A stretch of DNA of 64,000 nucleotides from the NCBI GenBank assembly GCA_963845065.1, contig CAWJQQ010000009.1, forward strand, positions 1-64,000, in the 5' to 3' direction. The notes beneath the pieces were generated by a model. It had not been told where the DNA came from, did no database searches, and saw only the letters and a list, made by a program, of their open reading frames with translations. Position 1 is the first letter of the stretch. Every line of letters begins with the position of its first letter. Shown here piece after piece: positions 59,247 to 64,000 of this stretch. A program made the position numbers and the translations under genes. The DNA comes from Nitrospirota bacterium. Lineage in GTDB: Bacteria > Nitrospirota > UBA9217.

Positions 59247-59630
59247 CTACACAGCTCCCCCGCCCCCTCCGCAGGTATGCTGTTGGCTGAATTGGGGCAA
59301 TTTACCGGACATGAAGGCCTGCACAGCGGCGCCGACTGTTGGAAAGTCTCCGCCATGATAAACCTCAATGCCGGATTGATTAAATCCCATGAGCGGGCGA
59401 AGACCCATGCCTCCGGCAATCAAAATTTTAACCCCTTTTTGTTTGAGATAATTCACCGGGGCCATACAGCCCCCTTGCTGATGGGGTACATTCGGGACAA
59501 TATCCACCTGTTTTATTTTACCGTCCTCGACGACAACCAGCGTGTAGAGATCACAATGCCCGAAATGGGCGCCCATCACCGCTTCAAGTCCGCCCGGATT
59601 TCCCGATGGTACAGCAACCAGAGTGTTCAT
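59247..59630 (-). CDS. NifB/NifX-domain (dinitrogenase FeMo-co family) protein
   Basis: HFGHC, GGC, LIAGGMG. Confidence 0.85.
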   Translation of the reverse strand: MNTLVAVPSGNPGGLEAVMGAHFGHCDLYTLVVVEDGKIKQVDIVPNVPHQQGGCMAPVNYLKQKGVKILIAGGMGLRPLMGFNQSGIEVYHGGDFPTVGAAVQAFMSGKLPQFSQQHTCGGGGGAV

Positions 59631-59696
59631 ATTTTCTCCTTAATATTTAGCCTTTACTGCCGGTTCAAAAATGGATCATGATTGTCACCGGTATTC

Positions 59697-60050
59697 TTAC
59701 CGGTTCGGTTGGGTAGCCCATTCTACCTGACCGCTTTGATATCGTTCCAGGGCCTGGCGGACCGTAATATTTTGAAAGTTCTGGCCGATTTTGATGTCTG
59801 CGGCCTGCAAGACCTTAAACGCCTTTGGTCCGACAAAACCGGTCAATACCGCCTTTACTCCGGTACGGGATACCATTTCTGCGGCCTGAATACCTGCGCC
59901 CTGGCTTGCGACTTGAGATGCGCCATTATCTACATATTCGAAAAGCATGCTATCGGGGTCAATGACGATAAACCCGGCGGCCCGCCCGAAGCGGGGATCA
60001 ACCAAATCATCCAGTCCGGGTCCTTCACTGCATATGGCAATTTTATTCAT
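59697..60050 (-). CDS. NifB/NifX-domain protein
   Basis: KIAI, VDPRFGRA, GAGIQAA, TGFVGPKA. Confidence 0.88.
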   Translation of the reverse strand: MNKIAICSEGPGLDDLVDPRFGRAAGFIVIDPDSMLFEYVDNGASQVASQGAGIQAAEMVSRTGVKAVLTGFVGPKAFKVLQAADIKIGQNFQNITVRQALERYQSGQVEWATQPNR

Positions 60051-60070
60051 GGTTACCTTCTTCCTTTCGG

Positions 60071-60274
60071 TCACTCTCGTATCATTACAGCCCCGCACTT
60101 AGGACATTTCTTCTGCATGCACGGGAGTCCTGCTTCATGGGGCCCCTTATGTCCGCATTGCGAACATATGCATGAACCGCTCGGTCCTCCAGCTGCGAGG
60201 CCGTTCATTCTCCCACGGCCTTGTCCGCAGCGTCCACTCTCCTGACCACTTCCCGATCCTCTCCTTCTCCACAT
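60071..60274 (-). CDS. Small Gly/Arg-rich protein with CxCxxC..C..CxxC
   Basis: GGAGG RBS; GPSGSCICSQCG...PC...CPKCG. Confidence 0.7.
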   Translation of the reverse strand: MWRRRGSGSGQESGRCGQGRGRMNGLAAGGPSGSCICSQCGHKGPHEAGLPCMQKKCPKCGAVMIRE

Positions 60275-60320
60275 TATTCCACCTCCTTAGTAATACAAAA
60301 AACCATCATTCAGCCCCGTC

Positions 60321-60710
60321 TCATTTGCTCTGCCACTTACACAGGGATTTGGCACCTCTCCCGCAGCGGCGCCCCGGTCCTTTCCCGGGACAGAGGGTCA
60401 TTCCCTGGTTAAGACGATTATGAAGAAAAAGAGATAATACCTCGTCGGCATTGCCTGCGATCCAGGGAATGACCTTGATCCCGCTATTCGTCAAGATCCC
60501 CAAAAGATTTTTCGGAAGGCCACCGCAAATCAGTGTATCAACTCCCAGTTCCTTTAATCTTGAAGCCCATTCAACGTCTCCCCACCCAGCACAGGAGATA
60601 TTCCTGCTTTCAATAATTTTTTTTCCTTCAGTTTCGAACAATCCGAAAGCAGGAGCAAAATCAAGCCGGGGAGAGATCCTGTTTCCAAAAACTGAAATCG
60701 CTATTTTCAT
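60321..60710 (-). CDS. NifB/NifX-domain protein
   Basis: MKIAI...RISPRLD, VDTLICGG. Confidence 0.8.
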   Translation of the reverse strand: MKIAISVFGNRISPRLDFAPAFGLFETEGKKIIESRNISCAGWGDVEWASRLKELGVDTLICGGLPKNLLGILTNSGIKVIPWIAGNADEVLSLFLHNRLNQGMTLCPGKGPGRRCGRGAKSLCKWQSK

Positions 60711-60809
60711 AATGACCCCAATTCGCCCGTTATCATTTTTTTTGAATGACGACGTTGCCTTCGCTTACTCGTAGTAAAAAAGCAGCTCACGACATTACGT
60801 AATAATAGA

Positions 60810-60824
60810 GCAAGATAGATACCA
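60810..60824 (-). promoter_or_regulatory. Sigma54 -24/-12 promoter
   Basis: Minus strand TGGTATCTATCTTGC (GG-N10-GC), 100 bp upstream of the operon. Confidence 0.75.
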
Positions 60825-60950
60825 ACAGGTAATCCGTTTGGTTTTTCTATAAGATCAAAGGGTTAAGCAGAAGACGGGACTGGCAGGCTCAGTTCAGGCA
60901 TTGTTGAAGTGCAATGTGCGGTGAGATGATAATGCAGGCGTGCAATGGTC

Positions 60951-62357
60951 TTATTCGTGGGCTATTTTCAGCTTTTTCATCTTTCTCCAAAGGGTGCTCG
61001 TGTTTATCCCCAACTCGTTGGCTGCGTTGCCGCGATGGCCCTGGTTCCTCTTTAATGCCTCTTTTATAATTTCTGTTTCTGATGCTCCGAAGCGGCCCCG
61101 CAACGTACGGTTATCCAGATGGTTGTCTGACTCCATAACTGCCTCTCTAAATTCCCTGGGGAGATGTTCAGGCTTGATTTCGTTGCCACGGCACATGACA
61201 AATGCGTGCTCCAAGAGGTTCTCCAGTTCACGAATGTTCCCCGGGAAATTGTGGCTCATAAAAAGCCGCATCACATCATCTGAGATGCGGGTAATATTCT
61301 TTCCCGTGCTGATGGTCAATTTTTTGAGCACGTGATCAACAAGAAGAGGAATATCTTCTTTTCGATCGCGAAGCGGCGGGAGTTCCAGCCTGACTATGTC
61401 GAGGCGATAGAAAAGATCTTCACGAAAGGACTTCTCCACAACCATCTCCGACAGGTTGTGATTGGTAGCGGCTATAATCCGCACATCCGCTTTCATGGGA
61501 CCGGTGGCCCCCAGAGGTTCATATTCCTTTTCCTGCAGAACGCGAAGCAGCTTCGCCTGCAGCGTAAAAGGGAGGTCCCCGATTTCATCCAGAAAGAGAG
61601 TTCCGCCGCAGGCAAGGGCGAAACGTCCCGGCTTGTCCCGTTTGGCGTCCGTGAACGCCCCGCGCTTATATCCGAAAAGCTCTGATTCCAGAAGATTATC
61701 GGGAAGCGCGCCGCAATTGACGGCGACAAACGGACCTTTGCTCCTTCTGCTCAGGTTATGCATGGCCCGTGCGAACAGCTCTTTTCCCGTGCCGCTTTCC
61801 CCCTGAATGAGAATGGTGCTCTCACTTTCGGCGATATACGGAAGTGTGTCGAATATCGCGCGGATTTCGTGATTCTTGCTGATAATATCTTCGAACGAAT
61901 AGTCCCGGAGGATTTGTTTTTTGAGGGCCTCCAGCGCAGAGAGGTCGCGGAATGTTTCTACACCACCGATGATATTGCACTTTTCGTCCTTCAGGACGGC
62001 AGTACTAATGGATACAGGAATTTCTCTTCCTTCCCGGTTCAGGATATTCACAGGCTGGTCGATGATTTCTTTGCCGGTTTTTAAGGTCTTGCGCAGAGCG
62101 CACGAGGACTGGCATATATCGGCATGCAGGATATCGAAACATTTCTGACCGATGGCCTGAGAGGAGGTTATCCCCGTTATGCGTTCAGCAGCCCGGTTGA
62201 ACGAGGTGATATCCCAGTCCTTGTCCACGGTAAAGACCCCGTCCGCGATGCTGTCGAGAATAACCTTGGTCGCCACTGCCTGAACTGTCTTTTCCTTGCC
62301 TGACCTTGCGCTATAATTTTTCGTAATCATATGCCCCGTTCGTCTCTTTTTCTTCAT
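60951..62357 (-). CDS. PAS-AAA+-Fis sigma54-dependent transcriptional activator
   Basis: PAS domain with Cys, GESGTGKE, GAFTDA, FPGNIREL, HTH; start may be 62330. Confidence 0.92.
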   Translation of the reverse strand: MKKKRRTGHMITKNYSARSGKEKTVQAVATKVILDSIADGVFTVDKDWDITSFNRAAERITGITSSQAIGQKCFDILHADICQSSCALRKTLKTGKEIIDQPVNILNREGREIPVSISTAVLKDEKCNIIGGVETFRDLSALEALKKQILRDYSFEDIISKNHEIRAIFDTLPYIAESESTILIQGESGTGKELFARAMHNLSRRSKGPFVAVNCGALPDNLLESELFGYKRGAFTDAKRDKPGRFALACGGTLFLDEIGDLPFTLQAKLLRVLQEKEYEPLGATGPMKADVRIIAATNHNLSEMVVEKSFREDLFYRLDIVRLELPPLRDRKEDIPLLVDHVLKKLTISTGKNITRISDDVMRLFMSHNFPGNIRELENLLEHAFVMCRGNEIKPEHLPREFREAVMESDNHLDNRTLRGRFGASETEIIKEALKRNQGHRGNAANELGINTSTLWRKMKKLKIAHE

Positions 62358-62375
62358 GCACTTGATGCTTTGATA

Positions 62376-62573
62376 TCAACACAAGGCGCCCTTTATATGC
62401 TTATCAAGTCTGTCAGCGGGCGCTTCTCGGTTTCGGATAGGGAACAAGGCCTTGAGCTCATCCAGGGAGAGGGATACCCGCTCCACTTCGGACATCGGGA
62501 TTCCCGTGGGCTTGAACGCCTTTCCTTTGAAGCTTCACCGGCATTGCTGCGGCTTTTTATATCTCTGAGACAT
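62376..62573 (-). pseudogene. DUF134-family DNA-binding protein remnant
   Basis: MSQRYKKPQQCR*SFKGKAFKPTGIPM...LSLDELKAL, then similarity is lost; upstream near-palindrome TGTGCACATGCACA at 62593-62606. Confidence 0.6.
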
Positions 62574-62681
62574 ACTGCTCCTCTTTTTTATGTGTGCACA
62601 TGCACAAAACCTAACAGATGTTCCGGCGGTTGTCAAGATTTATTACCCCGACTACTCAATTGTTATATTAGAGCCCGCTGA

Positions 62682-62749
62682 ACAACGTACCGCGCATTCC
62701 CCCTGCTAGGCGATGAAGCGCCAGGAGGGGGTCAAGCGGGACGGTTTAT
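62682..62749. repeat. 68-bp imperfect palindrome, copy 1
   Basis: ACAACGTACCGC...CCCCCTGCTAGGCG..CGCCAGGAGGGGG...GCGGGACGGTTTAT. Confidence 0.9.
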
Positions 62750-63042
62750 TTTTTGTGACTTTTCTTTGGTCGATTGCCGTGTTTTATAACGCTGTAGAGG
62801 TCGAGACAATTATCACAATGAGCTCGTTGCCAAGTATCAGGTTCAGCAGTAATGATGTAACGATCAGGATGCTCGGTAACAGAAAGAACTTTTAGTGTAA
62901 GCAGGTTACGGACGTCCAAAAGCTACTCCATTCTAATTTCGGGTATCCGAATTTTGAGGTTAATTCTTACTGCAATGAACAATTGACAAAACCGGTCGAA
63001 CGGGATTACAATGTAAGCACATTTGAAAGGACGATGTATATC

Positions 63043-63291
63043 ATGAAAACCCATTTAATTCAAGTTGGAAATTCACGCGGTATAAGGCTGCCAAAGCCTC
63101 TTATCTTACAGGCCGGGCTGACTGATGAGGTGGAGCTTCACATAAAAGATGGTGCTATAGTTATAGAGAATGCATCTTCGCCTCGTGAAGGATGGGCTAA
63201 AGCTGCCAAGGCAATGCATGATCGATCTGAGGATATATTGCTTATGCCATCCAATCCTACTCGTTTTGACGAAAAGGATTGGAATTGGTAA
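63043..63291 (+). CDS. mazE: AbrB/MazE antitoxin
   Basis: VGNSRGIRLPK, PREGW. Confidence 0.88.
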   Translation: MKTHLIQVGNSRGIRLPKPLILQAGLTDEVELHIKDGAIVIENASSPREGWAKAAKAMHDRSEDILLMPSNPTRFDEKDWNW

Positions 63292-63620
63292 TGTCTGATA
63301 CTGTGCGCCGTGGTGATGTATTCCTGATCTCGCTAGATCCTACCCGTGGTGAGGAAATACGAAAATCACGTCCTTGCGTAGTAATTTCTCCAGATGAACT
63401 TAACGCATACTTGCACACGTACATCGTCGCGCCCCTTACCACAGGAAGCCACCAATATCCTTTTCGTATCTCATGCCGATTTCAAGGTCGTGCAGGCCAT
63501 ATCGTTCTGGATCAGATTCGCACAGTCGATCGTGAGCGTATGGTTAAAAAACTCGGCAAACTCCCATCGTCTACACTTACAAATGTTCTAGCAATTTTGC
63601 AGGAGATGTTCACGCTTTGA
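63279..63620 (+). CDS. mazF: PemK/MazF toxin
   Basis: LDPTRGEEIRKSRPCVVIS, VAPLT, DQIRTVD. Confidence 0.92.
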   Translation: MELVMSDTVRRGDVFLISLDPTRGEEIRKSRPCVVISPDELNAYLHTYIVAPLTTGSHQYPFRISCRFQGRAGHIVLDQIRTVDRERMVKKLGKLPSSTLTNVLAILQEMFTL

Positions 63621-63802
63621 CGTTACTCCCACCTTTTTTTAAATCATGTGAGGTTTCCAAAACAACCTCAAAATTCGGAACGGGATGTGTATCACAAATG
63701 GCTAAAACAACCCTTAAATCCGGAAAGCCAAAAAAACTTGGATCATAGGCGGCTTTGGGACTGCTATAGGCGCGGGCATCGGTGGCTATATTTCTGCATT
63801 GC

Positions 63803-63870
63803 ACAACGTACCGCGCATTCCCCCTGCTAGGCGATGGAGCGCCAGGAGGGGGTCAAGCGGGACGGTTTAT
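63803..63870. repeat. 68-bp imperfect palindrome, copy 2
   Basis: Identical to 62682-62749 except for one loop base. Confidence 0.9.
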
Positions 63871-64000
63871 AAAACCTGTCCTTGAATCGCTCACAACGCC
63901 TTCCTTTTCTTGAGCTCTGAACGCAATCCTGCTGGAATAGGTCGACACCCACACTTCTTGACATGTGCCACGTGCCAGCGTATTCGTTCTTCGAGTGAGG

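Noticed and set aside
55472..60710. Nitrogen fixation cluster
   Set aside because: Only NifX-like and NifU-like domains are present; no nifHDK/ENB in the window.
62535..62537. In-frame TGA after C-R in the DUF134-like ORF as selenocysteine
   Set aside because: The ORF also loses family similarity after about 43 codons and I see no convincing SECIS; a nonsense mutation in a pseudogene is simpler.

Overview
Bacterial chromosomal window; gene content suggests an anaerobic Nitrospirota- or Desulfobacterota-like organism (inference only). It has four parts. (1) About 0.5-40.5 kb is a + strand exopolysaccharide locus of the exosortase/PEP-CTERM type: a diamino-uronate pathway, about 8 glycosyltransferases, Wzx, a Wzy/ligase-like protein, AsnB, deacetylases, GNATs, methyltransferases and an exosortase. 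It contains a stand-alone adenylation enzyme, carrier protein and prolyl-PCP-dehydrogenase-like cassette with an atypical ureohydrolase, and is interrupted by an IS1634 element with a nested IS1380. (2) About 40.7-47 kb holds prsK/prsR, a sigma54 promoter with repeated enhancer-like sites, three ultra-short PEP-CTERM precursors (signal peptide, 8-11 aa two-Cys core, PEP-CTERM anchor) and a DsbA-family oxidoreductase, interspersed with a conserved ~120-nt non-coding repeat. This is the best candidate for an undescribed system. (3) About 47-55 kb is a mobile-element graveyard (IS605/TnpB, IS607, IS21-like end, ISL3) with five toxin-antitoxin modules. (4) About 55.2-62.6 kb is a sigma54-controlled NifB/NifX-domain, Fe-S ATPase and NifU-Mrp operon on the - strand, followed by mazEF bracketed by 68-bp palindromic direct repeats. 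Several single-base frameshifts may be sequencing errors. All family assignments come from motif recognition by eye; no searches were run.
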